A stretch of 64,000 nt of DNA, from positions 60,243 to 124,242 of the forward strand of contig CACZJK010000001.1 of assembly GCA_902781465.1 (NCBI GenBank). The letters run 5' to 3'. This document shows, one piece after another, positions 19,770 to 30,019 of this stretch. The notes under the pieces were generated by a model, which had not been told where the DNA came from, did no database searches, and worked only from the letters and a program-made list of their open reading frames with translations. Position numbers and translations under genes: made by a program. This DNA is from an uncultured Pseudomonadota bacterium. GTDB lineage: Bacteria; Pseudomonadota; Alphaproteobacteria; Rs-D84. Each line of letters begins with the position of its first letter. Position 1 is the first letter of the stretch.

Positions 19770-20144
19770 TTAATTACCCAATTCAGTACTTTGTCTGTTT
19801 AATTCTTTTATTTCTTTGTTCTTTTCAGCAATAGTATCTTTTTGATCTTTGATTTTTACACCCTGAACACCTGCGGCAATCCCGGTTGATACAACACCCG
19901 CAGAACCAATAACAGTTGCCGCAATCCAGCCTTTCTTTTGCTTTTCGCATTTGGCGATTTCTTCATCTAAAATCCGAATATCATTTTCCAAAGTGGCAAT
20001 TGCTGCTTCGTCATCTAATTCTTCTATCGAAGTTCCTTGTTGTTGTGCAAATTTAGCTGCTGTATTATTGTTAACTTTTACCGCAGCATCTGCATTAAAT
20101 ACAGAAATCAGCATAATAAGTGATGATATAAATAATTTTTTCAC
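19770..20144 (-). CDS. family D small exported protein (glycine zipper)
   Basis: Paralog of 3092-3388. Confidence 0.55.
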   Translation of the reverse strand: MKKLFISSLIMLISVFNADAAVKVNNNTAAKFAQQQGTSIEELDDEAAIATLENDIRILDEEIAKCEKQKKGWIAATVIGSAGVVSTGIAAGVQGVKIKDQKDTIAEKNKEIKELNRQSTELGN

Positions 20145-20247
20145 AGAAATCCCCTTGATATCTCTTGCGAATTATATCATAAAAAACACAAATATTAAAA
20201 TTATTTCTGGACAAATGAAAAAAATACTGTAATATATCTATCGCTTT

Positions 20248-20324
20248 GGGTGTTTAGCTCAGTTGATTAGAGCATCTCGTTTACACCGAGAGGGTCAGGG
20301 GTTTGAGTCCCTTAACACCCACCA
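20248..20324 (+). tRNA. tRNA-Val (anticodon TAC)
   Basis: Cloverleaf with acceptor GGGTGTT/AACACCC, anticodon loop TTTACAC, T-loop GGTTTGAGTCC and an encoded CCA. Confidence 0.9.
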
Positions 20325-20505
20325 GAAATTTAAACCGGGTTTATCCCGGTTTTAATTTTTGGGTTGTGGTATTTGGACGAAAAACCACAAGGTTTGACTA
20401 TGAGTAAGCGAAAACGAACATTTGTGAAGTTTGAGCGCTAACGAATGCCGCGCAGGCAAAATATTGCCGAGCGAGTCCCTTAACACCCACCAGAAATTTA
20501 AACCG
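20305..20505 (+). repeat. 33-bp perfect direct repeat of the tRNA-Val 3' end (20305-20337 and 20473-20505) flanking a 135-bp insert; att-like integration scar
   Basis: GAGTCCCTTAACACCCACCAGAAATTTAAACCG occurs twice. Each copy is followed by its own terminator hairpin. Confidence 0.6.
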
Positions 20506-20523
20506 CCAATCGGCGGTTTTTTA

Positions 20524-20817
20524 TTATTCAGACAAAGAACCTGTCACTTCGGACATAGTTTTTTCGATTAAAGCGTCTGCTTTTTCTTTCGCATCTTTAT
20601 AAGCATCCATTACAAACACGGAAAGATTTTGTGCGCCACCGGCCAATGCGGCATCATTTATATTCACATCTAAAACATCGTATTTTCCGGTCATAGTGAT
20701 GATAACGCCACCATTGCCCCCAATACCACGAACCTGTTTTTGTGCCAAAGAATCCTGGGCGGCCGCTATTTTAGTTTGTAAATCTTGGGCCTGGGCCATC
20801 AATGATTCCATATCCAT
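20524..20817 (-). CDS. ybaB: nucleoid-associated protein YbaB/EbfC
   Basis: 97 aa showing the conserved YbaB pattern. Confidence 0.75.
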   Translation of the reverse strand: MDMESLMAQAQDLQTKIAAAQDSLAQKQVRGIGGNGGVIITMTGKYDVLDVNINDAALAGGAQNLSVFVMDAYKDAKEKADALIEKTMSEVTGSLSE

Positions 20818-20879
20818 TTTATTAATTCCTTTTTTTCAGCAAAAAATACCCCCTGGCAAAGAACCAGGGGTTTAATTTA

Positions 20880-23042
20880 TTATTTCTTTTCTTTACCTGT
20901 TTTTTGATCAATACCGACCATGGACAAACGTGTTTTACCGCGTTTATCTATGCCCATGTATTTTACATAAACAGTATCACCAACATTGATTTTAGCATCT
21001 TCGATTTTTGGTAATCTTTCGCCTGTGATTTCAGAAATATGAACCATAGATTCAAAATTTTTCAAAATCTTTACGAACAAACCAAAATCTTTGATACCAC
21101 TTACAACGCCTTGGTAAATATGTCCTTCTTCTGGTTCAGCAATAATTTCTTTGATACGTTCCATGGCTGCTTTACCATCTTCTGGATTTGAAGCCATAAT
21201 CTTAATACTGCCATCGTCTTCCAATTCGATTTGAGTATTTGTTTCGCGTGTCAAAGCCTGGATTACAGAACCACCTTTGCCGATAACTTCGCGAACTTTG
21301 TCTGGATCAATTTTCATAGTGTATGCTTGTGGCGCAAATTCAGACAATTGTTTGCGTGGTGCCTTGATTGCCTTTTCGATTTTGCCCAAGATATGCATAC
21401 GGCCATCTTTTGCCTGGGCCAAAGCATGTTCCATAATTTCAAATGTAATGGAAGTGATTTTGATATCCATTTGCAATGCTGTAATACCTTGGTCTGTACC
21501 AGTCACCTTAAAGTCCATATCGCCAAGGTGATCTTCGTCGCCCAAAATATCGGTCAAGATAGCGTAATCGTCGCCTTCTTTAATCAATCCCATTGCGATA
21601 CCCGCAACCGGACGTTTCATAGGAACACCACCGTCCATCATCGCCAATGTAGCACCGCAAGTTGTTGCCATTGATGAAGAACCATTTGATTCTAAAATAT
21701 CAGAACAAATACGGATTACATAGTCGAATTCGCTGCGGCTTGGGACCATTGGATGAACTGCGCGCCATGCCAAATTACCATGTCCAAGTTCACGACGACC
21801 TGGGGATTTCAAACCTTTTGCTTCACCAACTGAATAACCCGGGAAGTTATAGTTCAAAATGAAATCGCGTTCATCATCACCATCCAAAGATTCGATTGGC
21901 AATGCATCACGTGTGCCACCCAAAGTCAAAGAAACCAAAGCCTGGGTTTCACCGCGTGTAAATAACGCAGAACCATGTGCGCGTGGCAAAACACCCAATT
22001 CGATTTCAATTGGACGAACAGTTTTTGTATCACGACCATCAATACGTGGTTTGCCTTCCAAGATATTGGTACGCATAATGCGCGCTGTGATACCTTCGAC
22101 GATTTCATCTGCCCAAGATTCTAATGTAGAAGCAGCAGTTGTGGTTTCTGGGAACAATTCTGGAATTCTTGCTTTTGCTTTCGCATGAATTTCAGCCAAA
22201 GTATCAAGGCGAACCAATTTTTCTTTGATTAACAAAGCATCAGTGATTTCGTTTGCATATTGTTCGAAATCTTTTTCCATGATGATATATTCTTCGCTGT
22301 GTTCTGGAATCGCCCAAGGTTCTTTACCGGCCTTTTTAACAAATTCGTTGATTGCTTTGATAACTGTTTGTTGTTGATCAAAACCGAATTTCACAGCACC
22401 CAAAGTTGTCTTTTCATCCAATTCGCCAATTTCAGATTCAACCATCAAAACACCGTCTTTGGTCGCAGCAACAACCAAATCCATTTTTGATTCTTCAACT
22501 TCTTTTTTAGATGGGTTTAATAAATATTTACCATCTTTATAACCAACACGTGCGGCACCAATTGGTCCCTGGAAAGGAACGCCAGAAATTGCTAATGCAG
22601 CAGAGGACGCAATCATCGCCAAAATATCAGGTTGATTTTTCTTGTCATAAGAAAATACCTGGGCAATGATTTGAACTTTGTTTTTGAAAGTTTCTGGGAA
22701 CAAAGGACGGATAGGACGATCAATCAAACGCGCAATCAATGTTTCGCTTACGCTTGCTTTGCCTTCACGACGATCGCGCGAACCTGGGATACGACCCGCA
22801 GATGCATATTTTTCTTGGTAATCAACAGTCAAAGGAAAGAAGTCTTGACCTTCTACTGCTGTTTTTTCTGCGCACACAGTTGCCAAAACCATTGTGCCAC
22901 CCATTGTTGCCATAACGGCACCTGTTGCCTGTTTTGCATAACGACCTGTTTCCAAAATAACCTTTTCATCACCGTATTGGAATTCAACAGTAATCGGATT
23001 ATTCAAAACATGTTTTTCGCCTTTTTTAAACATTCCAAACAT
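20880..23042 (-). CDS. pnp: polynucleotide phosphorylase
   Basis: 720 aa with two RNase PH domains plus KH and S1 domains. Confidence 0.95.
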   Translation of the reverse strand: MFGMFKKGEKHVLNNPITVEFQYGDEKVILETGRYAKQATGAVMATMGGTMVLATVCAEKTAVEGQDFFPLTVDYQEKYASAGRIPGSRDRREGKASVSETLIARLIDRPIRPLFPETFKNKVQIIAQVFSYDKKNQPDILAMIASSAALAISGVPFQGPIGAARVGYKDGKYLLNPSKKEVEESKMDLVVAATKDGVLMVESEIGELDEKTTLGAVKFGFDQQQTVIKAINEFVKKAGKEPWAIPEHSEEYIIMEKDFEQYANEITDALLIKEKLVRLDTLAEIHAKAKARIPELFPETTTAASTLESWADEIVEGITARIMRTNILEGKPRIDGRDTKTVRPIEIELGVLPRAHGSALFTRGETQALVSLTLGGTRDALPIESLDGDDERDFILNYNFPGYSVGEAKGLKSPGRRELGHGNLAWRAVHPMVPSRSEFDYVIRICSDILESNGSSSMATTCGATLAMMDGGVPMKRPVAGIAMGLIKEGDDYAILTDILGDEDHLGDMDFKVTGTDQGITALQMDIKITSITFEIMEHALAQAKDGRMHILGKIEKAIKAPRKQLSEFAPQAYTMKIDPDKVREVIGKGGSVIQALTRETNTQIELEDDGSIKIMASNPEDGKAAMERIKEIIAEPEEGHIYQGVVSGIKDFGLFVKILKNFESMVHISEITGERLPKIEDAKINVGDTVYVKYMGIDKRGKTRLSMVGIDQKTGKEKK

Positions 23043-23266
23043 ATATTTTCTCCATTTTTGTTTGTTTATTTATGCGAAGAAAAATTATTCGTTTTTGCGC
23101 TCTTGTGAACAAAACGCAAGAAAGAACAATTCTATCTTCGCGACCTGAGTTTGATTATAAAATATAAATAAATATTTTCAACAAATTTTAAGAACGCCAA
23201 AAGTAAATTATTTATTCTTTTTTATTCACCACCCGCCATCCGCCTTTGCTATATTGTCGCAGACCA

Positions 23267-23310
23267 GGTTCTCCCCCCGTGGGGGAGTGCGGCGCAGCCG
23301 GAGGGGGGTA
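23267..23310 (+). repeat. GC-rich palindromic repeat (second copy of the 7447-7491 repeat)
   Basis: GGTTCTCCCCCCGTGGGGGAGTGCGGCGCAGCCGGAGGGGGG. An additional palindrome TCTCCCCCACATTGGGGGAGA lies at 23380-23400. Confidence 0.7.
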
Positions 23311-23402
23311 TTCTGGTTTATTTGTTATACCGAACGACTGGGACAATTGTTTTTTCAACCCCCTCACCACTTCGTGGTCCTCTCCCCCACATTGGGGGAG
23401 AA

Positions 23403-23873
23403 CTAATTTGGGTTCTTAATCCGCCATCCGCCAAATACATATCCAGGGCGAACTGGTGTTGGGGGCAGGGTTATCGCACCACCATATTGACAGGTATTTT
23501 GGGTAATATTCGTCCCGTCGTCCCAGTTTATCGTTATCGTATGTGGACGAAATACCGCACGTAAAACCACAGGTGCATTTGATGCACATATGTTGTTCAT
23601 ATTGTTTGTTATGTTTGTTGTGTATTCTGCACCAGAAAAATTGTTTTCATTAAAACTGTAAGTCCCACCATTACATACATAACCATTTGGGCATAATTCA
23701 CAAGACAAAGCATTGGCGGGTAAATAATAACCGGATAAACATGTTTCAGTATGCGGAACAAATTTTGCACGATATGCACCAGAATTATTACATCCGGCTA
23801 TAATATCATTGGTGATATATTCCGCATATACCGGTTGTATAAATAATAAAGATAATAACAAAATTTTTTTCAT
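23403..23873 (-). CDS. family B exported protein with GW repeat (paralog of 8401-8871)
   Basis: Near-identical to the copy at 8401-8871, in inverted orientation. Confidence 0.6.
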   Translation of the reverse strand: MKKILLLSLLFIQPVYAEYITNDIIAGCNNSGAYRAKFVPHTETCLSGYYLPANALSCELCPNGYVCNGGTYSFNENNFSGAEYTTNITNNMNNICASNAPVVLRAVFRPHTITINWDDGTNITQNTCQYGGAITLPPTPVRPGYVFGGWRIKNPN

Positions 23874-24066
23874 ATATATCTCCTTATTCCAGAGGGCCTA
23901 ATTCCCCTCCATGGGAGGGGTGGATTGCGTCAGCAAGACAGGGAGGGGGCCGATTATATTTATATTAAATATTTTTATTTGACCCCTCCCCGCCGTTCCG
24001 GCCCTCCCCTCCGGCGGAGGGGAATCCGCAGGATGCGCCAGAGCGACGGCGCATGGCGAATTTTAT
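23874..24066 (-). repeat. GC-rich quasi-palindromic spacer between the family B and C genes (CCCCTCCATGGGAGGGG, CCCCTCCGGCGGAGGGG)
   Basis: Homologous to 8212-8400. Confidence 0.6.
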
Positions 24067-24855
24067 CTATTCCCCTGAACCGACTATTGGTCCGGCTATA
24101 AAATCACCTGTACCTTGGTTATAATAAAATTTACCTTCTACTTTATCGAACATACATGGTGTGCCGTTGCCGTCAAGGACAGGGATAAAGTCACGGACGA
24201 GAATATCGTTGTCGTAGATTTTTACGTAATAAAATCTTTCACTACCACTAATTATTGGCGAACCGTCAGAGTTCGTTGCAAACAATGTTAAAGTATAATC
24301 ACATGTAAAAATTGCAGGGTTGCTTTGCATAGTAGATATTGTAAAACCATTTACTGTTACAGTTGCTATGTTTTTATTTTTATCAAATGTTATAATTTTA
24401 TTATAAAGGTCTAGTGTCGTATTTCCCCATGTTATTTGAGTATTATAATCACTTCTTAAATTGTCTATAGACACCGAGGGGTTTACACTTGCATCAAAAC
24501 TATTTTTTAATGGAGATGCACCAACAACAGTTCTTGCTCCGAATATCCAGCCACCATTTCTCAATATCATTACATTTGCCACTACTCTTGTATCTTGATT
24601 TGGATAATACCCCGTATCAATATACTGTGTTCCTGTGCTCTCCAGGTATTCGATTCGTTGGATTAGTAATTGTTCCCAACCGATAAAGTCATATCCGTAT
24701 TTGGTTGGTGGGGTTGGTAATATTATATCACCACCGGTGGTACAAGATGTTTGTATTGGTGTATTATCTTCAACATACCAATATTGATTAAAAGTTGCAC
24801 CGTAACACACAACACATATAAATAATGTGATTACAGATATTAAAAATTTTTTCAT
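24067..24855 (-). CDS. family C exported protein with GW (Listeria-Bacteroides-type) repeat
   Basis: ATG at 24855 is preceded by AAGGGGGAA. Signal peptide MKKFLISVITLFICVVCYG, and the protein carries ILPTPPTKYGYDFIGWE. Confidence 0.6.
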   Translation of the reverse strand: MKKFLISVITLFICVVCYGATFNQYWYVEDNTPIQTSCTTGGDIILPTPPTKYGYDFIGWEQLLIQRIEYLESTGTQYIDTGYYPNQDTRVVANVMILRNGGWIFGARTVVGASPLKNSFDASVNPSVSIDNLRSDYNTQITWGNTTLDLYNKIITFDKNKNIATVTVNGFTISTMQSNPAIFTCDYTLTLFATNSDGSPIISGSERFYYVKIYDNDILVRDFIPVLDGNGTPCMFDKVEGKFYYNQGTGDFIAGPIVGSGE

Positions 24856-24874
24856 AAAATTCCCCCTTTGCCAA

Positions 24875-25062
24875 AAAAAGACCGTCCAAAGGGCGGTCAG
24901 GGAGGTGGTAAAGATTAACAAAACGAAATCTATCTCCCCGACCATAATATCAGGGACACATGCGATGCAAAAAGCACCGAAAAAACATCAGATACGATGC
25001 TTTCGCATCGGTTTTGTTAAAGGCTTACCACAGCCCTGAACCCAATTCCCATTGGATTCAAA
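24875..25062 (-). ncRNA. R2 structured leader RNA, copy b (upstream of family C gene)
   Basis: -10 GATAGAAT in reverse complement at 25068-25076. Hairpins are CCAAU-GGGA-AUUGG and CGAUGC-GAAA-GCAUCG. An alternative terminator GCAUCG..CGGUGC plus U5 is possible. Second terminator is GACCG..CGGUC plus U7, about 20 nt before the ATG. Homologous to 43556-43762. Confidence 0.55.
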
Positions 25063-25133
25063 TACTATTCTATCATAACAACACAAAAAAACAACACCTG
25101 TTTTCACAGGTGCTGCATTGAATTATAAAAAAT

Positions 25134-25997
25134 TTACAATCCCATTTTATCTTTCATCTCTATCAATACCGGTGTTTTTATGCCCAGTTTTTCTGCCCTG
25201 TGAATCAGACCGCGCAAGGCGAATATACCCTCAACCGTCCCCGTATATTCTTCGCCACGCGCGATTGCTTCACCGGCCGAAAAATTACGGGACGTCGGCG
25301 ATGTTGCAGACAAGAACAAATCACCCACGCCGCAAAGTCCATGAAAAGTTCCGCAAGACGCCCCCATTTCAACAGCGATATCTACGATTTCATCCCATGC
25401 ACGTGTGAATATCAAAGCGCGTTCGTTTTCACCACTTGATTTAACAGTCAAATAGCCCGAAATCAAAGATTCTGCGTTTTTACCAACACCACAGATTTGC
25501 GCACCAATAAAATCTTCGCAATCTTGTAAATAAAGTTTTGATAATGCGATATGTCCCCCTGCCCTGACACGTTCATTTCCGGCTATCGTAGAACCTGTTG
25601 GAATACCGGTTGCAACCTCGCGCGCAAATTGTGGGCCAGATAACACACCAAAATCTTTACATTCTGGAATTTCAGTGTTCAAAATTTCAGACATAAATTC
25701 GCCGGTTTCACCTTCCATACCCTTGGTACAAATCAAAATTGGTTGGTTATTATAAACTGCACGCATCTTTTTAACTGTTTCACGAAAGAAAGCCGCCGGT
25801 GTCACAATCAACCAATATTCGCAATCTTTCAAATCAGACATATTATCAGTTCTGATTACATCATCAGGTTTTTCTAAATCGGCCAATCCATCAAAAACAC
25901 CACCGAACCCCCAATGAATAACCTTATTACCAGAACGCGCACAAGTATAAGCCAACGCAGTGCCCCATGCACCTGCCCCAAAAACACCTATTTTCAT
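25134..25997 (-). CDS. gpsA: NAD(P)H-dependent glycerol-3-phosphate dehydrogenase
   Basis: MKIGVFGAGAWGTALA Rossmann motif. ATG at 25997 follows AAGGAAG. Confidence 0.85.
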   Translation of the reverse strand: MKIGVFGAGAWGTALAYTCARSGNKVIHWGFGGVFDGLADLEKPDDVIRTDNMSDLKDCEYWLIVTPAAFFRETVKKMRAVYNNQPILICTKGMEGETGEFMSEILNTEIPECKDFGVLSGPQFAREVATGIPTGSTIAGNERVRAGGHIALSKLYLQDCEDFIGAQICGVGKNAESLISGYLTVKSSGENERALIFTRAWDEIVDIAVEMGASCGTFHGLCGVGDLFLSATSPTSRNFSAGEAIARGEEYTGTVEGIFALRGLIHRAEKLGIKTPVLIEMKDKMGL

Positions 25998-27610
25998 TTT
26001 AACTTCCTTATTTTTCTTTGGACATTTGGCACCACAATCAAACAATCATCTGACAAATCCAGCGCATGTTGATAAGATTTTTTTGCGCGTTCAATATCAC
26101 CTTGTTTTTTATAAAAATCGCCCAAATGTTCATACACTGATGACGACGGAGAAACTTCGCCTATGCGTTCCAATAATTCCAGCGCATTCGCAGTTCCTTC
26201 TTTTTTATCAACAATAACACTTAATAAATCCCATGCAGCAACATCCGAAGTATTTATTTTTATCAAAGACATAACCAAATCATACGCCATATCCAGATTT
26301 TTATTCTGCATCGCCCAAACACGCGCCTGTAATGACATTGTATCAGGTGTTAATCTGTCGTCTATTCTTTTAACTTCATCCAAATCTTTTTGGGCGCGTT
26401 TTGCATCACCAAACATAGCATACACATACGCACGTTGTTTAAGGAAATAAATACGTCCCAAGACAGACAAATTTTTATGCTTTAATGCGCGATTTATAAC
26501 AGACAATGCCTTTGTCTTGTCCCCTGTTCTTATACTGTTGCGACCAACAATTTGCGCCGCCGGTATAAACAAAGGATTATTTTTTGCGATTTTTTCTATT
26601 GCTTTCATATCTTTGTTTTTTTCGGCTATTTTCATTTGGCCAAACAGATACAAAGGACTTGTTTTAGGAATATTGTTAAAGCATGTTTCATAATCGCCTG
26701 TATTATAAAAATAATATTGCCCCAGATAGTAATTTATCGCATCTGCGTTTTTACCGTTCGATATAATTTCTGCAAATCGCAAAAACATCAAAGACAAATC
26801 TGTATAAAGCATTATTTGAGTATGCGATACAGTTTGAACCAAACTGAATACTAAATTGTTTTTATACCCTTCGTAATTAGACCAATCTGGGATTTCCTGA
26901 TAATCCAGCATATACATACCACCAACCTTGGCCAGAAAATCTTCCCTTAAAATTTCCATATCTTCCGTCATACCGTTTTCACGATAAAACGACATCAGGT
27001 AAAGATAGTCATTTACATTCATAAATTCTGGATGCACCTTGGCAAATTCTTTGGCCGCAGTATCAATATCTTTATTCAATACTGCGATTTGTCCGCGCAC
27101 AAAAGATTTCCAGTTAGGGTCAGCCTTTACAGAATCTATGAACTTTGCAGTATCTTTTGGATTCTTGGTCTGGGAACCTGAAAAAATACGAATTGGCGCC
27201 GCCAAAATCGAAGTATCTTTGTTATGACGTTTATACACAGATTTCCAATCGTCTTTCTGCAATAAATACGCATCATAAATCAATCTTTCAACCACATCTT
27301 TGGAATTTTTGAAAGTTTCTGCATTTTGTGGCATTTTTCCACCAAAGAAATCTGTCAGATTTTTCATCTGGGCAATATTTTTATTATCAGCCTTTACTTC
27401 GCTTATCATCTTGGACGCGGCCGCAAAATCGTTTATATAAAGCGCATGCTGGGCCGCCAAAAACGATCCGAAATCCGTATCAAAGACTGCACCGCCCTGC
27501 CCCATTTTGGTTGAATTCATTTCAAATACTTTCTGTCCAACCAGTGTTGAACAAAAAATGACTACCGCGATAAAAAACGGCACCGTATAAAAACTTTTAA
27601 TTCCTTTCAT
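25994..27610 (-). CDS. TPR-repeat protein with N-terminal membrane anchor
   Basis: Multiple TPR-like repeats (for example EHLGDFYKKQGDIERAKKSYQHAL) and an N-terminal TM segment. Confidence 0.5.
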   Translation of the reverse strand: MKGIKSFYTVPFFIAVVIFCSTLVGQKVFEMNSTKMGQGGAVFDTDFGSFLAAQHALYINDFAAASKMISEVKADNKNIAQMKNLTDFFGGKMPQNAETFKNSKDVVERLIYDAYLLQKDDWKSVYKRHNKDTSILAAPIRIFSGSQTKNPKDTAKFIDSVKADPNWKSFVRGQIAVLNKDIDTAAKEFAKVHPEFMNVNDYLYLMSFYRENGMTEDMEILREDFLAKVGGMYMLDYQEIPDWSNYEGYKNNLVFSLVQTVSHTQIMLYTDLSLMFLRFAEIISNGKNADAINYYLGQYYFYNTGDYETCFNNIPKTSPLYLFGQMKIAEKNKDMKAIEKIAKNNPLFIPAAQIVGRNSIRTGDKTKALSVINRALKHKNLSVLGRIYFLKQRAYVYAMFGDAKRAQKDLDEVKRIDDRLTPDTMSLQARVWAMQNKNLDMAYDLVMSLIKINTSDVAAWDLLSVIVDKKEGTANALELLERIGEVSPSSSVYEHLGDFYKKQGDIERAKKSYQHALDLSDDCLIVVPNVQRKIRKLK

Positions 27611-27635
27611 AATAAAATATGTTAGAATAATTATT

Positions 27636-28196
27636 ATGAAAACAAAAGAAAAATTTATTAAATACGAAAATCTGTTAAAAGATTGGTCAAATAAAATGAA
27701 TTTGGTCGCACCAAGCACTTTGACAGATATTCAAACACGCCATATTCAAGACAGCGCCCAATTGGCCAAATATTTACCACAGGATGTAAATATTATCGAT
27801 TTGGGCAGTGGCGCCGGATTTCCAGGTGTAGTTTTGGCCGTTCTTGGTTGGAACGTCACCTGTATCGAATCGATTGGTAAAAAAACAAACTTTTTATCAG
27901 CGTTAAAAACGGAACTTAACCTGCCAAACCTAACCATTATCAACGACAGAATCGAAAATTTTCTTTCAAAAACACCGGTAAAGGCCGGGGATTTTGTATT
28001 CACAGCACGCGCTTTTGCCCCACTGATTAAAATTTTAGATTACACACACAAAACAAAATGCCGGCTTTTTTTATTAAAAGGCCGGGAAATAGAATCTGAA
28101 ATTCAGACCGCAAAAACCAAATATAAATTTGATTATGAATTACATAAATCTGAAACTGGCGACGGTTTTATTATATGTATATCAAATGTAAAATAA
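27636..28196 (+). CDS. rsmG: 16S rRNA (guanine527-N7)-methyltransferase
   Basis: SAM-binding motif DLGSGAGFPG, 186 aa, located upstream of parAB. Confidence 0.85.
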   Translation: MKTKEKFIKYENLLKDWSNKMNLVAPSTLTDIQTRHIQDSAQLAKYLPQDVNIIDLGSGAGFPGVVLAVLGWNVTCIESIGKKTNFLSALKTELNLPNLTIINDRIENFLSKTPVKAGDFVFTARAFAPLIKILDYTHKTKCRLFLLKGREIESEIQTAKTKYKFDYELHKSETGDGFIICISNVK

Positions 28197-28202
28197 GAAT
28201 TT

Positions 28203-28218
28203 ATTTCACGTGAAACAA
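28203..28218. promoter_or_regulatory. parS centromere-like site
   Basis: TATTTCACGTGAAACA, a 15/16 match to the tGTTTCACGTGAAACa consensus, 90 bp upstream of parA. Confidence 0.65.
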
Positions 28219-28311
28219 TCGATAACTTATTGATAAAAGCCAATTTTAATATTTATATTGACTATTATTTTTCTTTTTTTTATGCTGTTTTCAACAAAAG
28301 GAAAGTAGAAA

Positions 28312-29085
28312 ATGGCAAAAATCATTTCATTTGCAAATCAAAAAGGTGGTGTTGGTAAAACAACAACCGCAATAAATATTGCTGCATCATTGGCCGCAAT
28401 TAAAAAGCGCGTCTTGTTGATTGACCTTGATTCCCAAGGAAACGCCGGAACTGGTCTGGGTTTCGTTCGCGCCGCCCATAAACAGAGCGTCTATGGCGTA
28501 TTGATGGGCACCGCCAGCGTTGCAGAAAACATACTGACAACCGCGGTTCCAAATATGCATTTATTGCCGGCATCTGCTAAATTGGCCGGGGCAGAACTGG
28601 ATATGCTGGATTTGGAAAATCGCGAATACAGATTGCGCGACGCCCTGATGCCTGTTATGGATAATTATGATTATATACTGATTGATTGTCCGCCAAATTT
28701 GGGTATGTTGACTATAAACGCATTGTCTGCATCTGATTATGTAATCATACCGTTACAGTGCGAATTTTTCGCATTGGAAGGTGTCCAGCATTTGCTTTCC
28801 ACCATACGTGCGATCCAAGAAAAATGGAATTCAAAACTGGACATCTTGGGTATGGTTTTGACAATGTATGATAAAAAACTGGGGCTGACACGCGCAGTCG
28901 AAGAAGACGTTCGCAACACATTTGGCGATAAAGTTTTCAAAACAGTCGTTCCACGTAATGTCCGCGTATCAGAGGCACCAAGCCATGGCAAACCCGCCCT
29001 GTTCTATGATTTCAAATCAACCGGGGCCCAGGCTTATTTACGTGTCGCAACCGAAGTCGTCAACGCGCTTGAACAAAGGATGTAA
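28312..29085 (+). CDS. parA: chromosome partitioning ATPase ParA
   Basis: Deviant Walker A motif KGGVGKTT. Confidence 0.9.
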   Translation: MAKIISFANQKGGVGKTTTAINIAASLAAIKKRVLLIDLDSQGNAGTGLGFVRAAHKQSVYGVLMGTASVAENILTTAVPNMHLLPASAKLAGAELDMLDLENREYRLRDALMPVMDNYDYILIDCPPNLGMLTINALSASDYVIIPLQCEFFALEGVQHLLSTIRAIQEKWNSKLDILGMVLTMYDKKLGLTRAVEEDVRNTFGDKVFKTVVPRNVRVSEAPSHGKPALFYDFKSTGAQAYLRVATEVVNALEQRM

Positions 29086-29087
29086 AA

Positions 29088-29963
29088 ATGTCATCAAAAT
29101 TCTTAGGTAAATCATTGGCTCAATTAAACGAAGAAATGGGGACAACGCCGGACATTTCCGTATTGACTGGATTGGAACGTGTTGTTGTAAAACCGATTCC
29201 TTTGGTTCAAATAAGTCCTAACCCGGACCAGCCACGAAAAACATTTAACGAAACTGAATTAAATGATTTGGCTGAATCTATACGGGAAAAGGGCGTTTTA
29301 GTTCCTATTATATTAAGGGCCGTCCAAAACAAACCTTATCTTTATGAAATTGTTGCCGGCGAACGCAGATATCGCGCCGCACAAAGGGCAGGGCTCAGCG
29401 AAATTCCGGCCTTGGTAAAAACTCTGGACGATAAAAATGCGATGGAAATTGCGTTGATTGAAAATGTACAGCGCGAAAACCTGAATCCTATCGAAGAAGC
29501 CGAAGGTTATCAAAATTTAATGTCAAAATGCGGCTATTCTTTGGAAGATGTATCACGATTGATTGGTAAATCGGTCAGTTATATACGCAACCTTATGCGC
29601 ATCAATAATTTGCCGGAATCTGTTAAAAATTTGATAAAAGAAGGCAAGATTTCTGCATCACACGCGCGCACAATCGCGGTATCTGAAAACCCAGAACAAT
29701 TGGCGCATGATATTATAAATAATAATTTATCAGTTGCCGAAACACAAAAACACGTAAAAAATTCTACACGCGCAAAAGGCAGCCGCAACCTGATAAAAAA
29801 CACTCTGGATTCGGAATACGTCGCAAAAATAGAATCTAAATTATCAAAACATTTGGACGCAACCGTAAAATTACACGAAAAGCGGGGCGGGGCGGGTCAA
29901 TTTACAATATCATTTGATAACCGCGTCCAAATGGAAGATTTAATAAACAAATTGTTAAAATAA
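29088..29963 (+). CDS. parB: chromosome partitioning protein ParB
   Basis: ParB box GERRYRAAQRAGL with an HTH region. Confidence 0.9.
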   Translation: MSSKFLGKSLAQLNEEMGTTPDISVLTGLERVVVKPIPLVQISPNPDQPRKTFNETELNDLAESIREKGVLVPIILRAVQNKPYLYEIVAGERRYRAAQRAGLSEIPALVKTLDDKNAMEIALIENVQRENLNPIEEAEGYQNLMSKCGYSLEDVSRLIGKSVSYIRNLMRINNLPESVKNLIKEGKISASHARTIAVSENPEQLAHDIINNNLSVAETQKHVKNSTRAKGSRNLIKNTLDSEYVAKIESKLSKHLDATVKLHEKRGGAGQFTISFDNRVQMEDLINKLLK

Positions 29964-30019
29964 ACCGGTCAACACCGGTTTTTTTATTGCAATAAATAAT
30001 TATTTTCTGATAAAATAAT

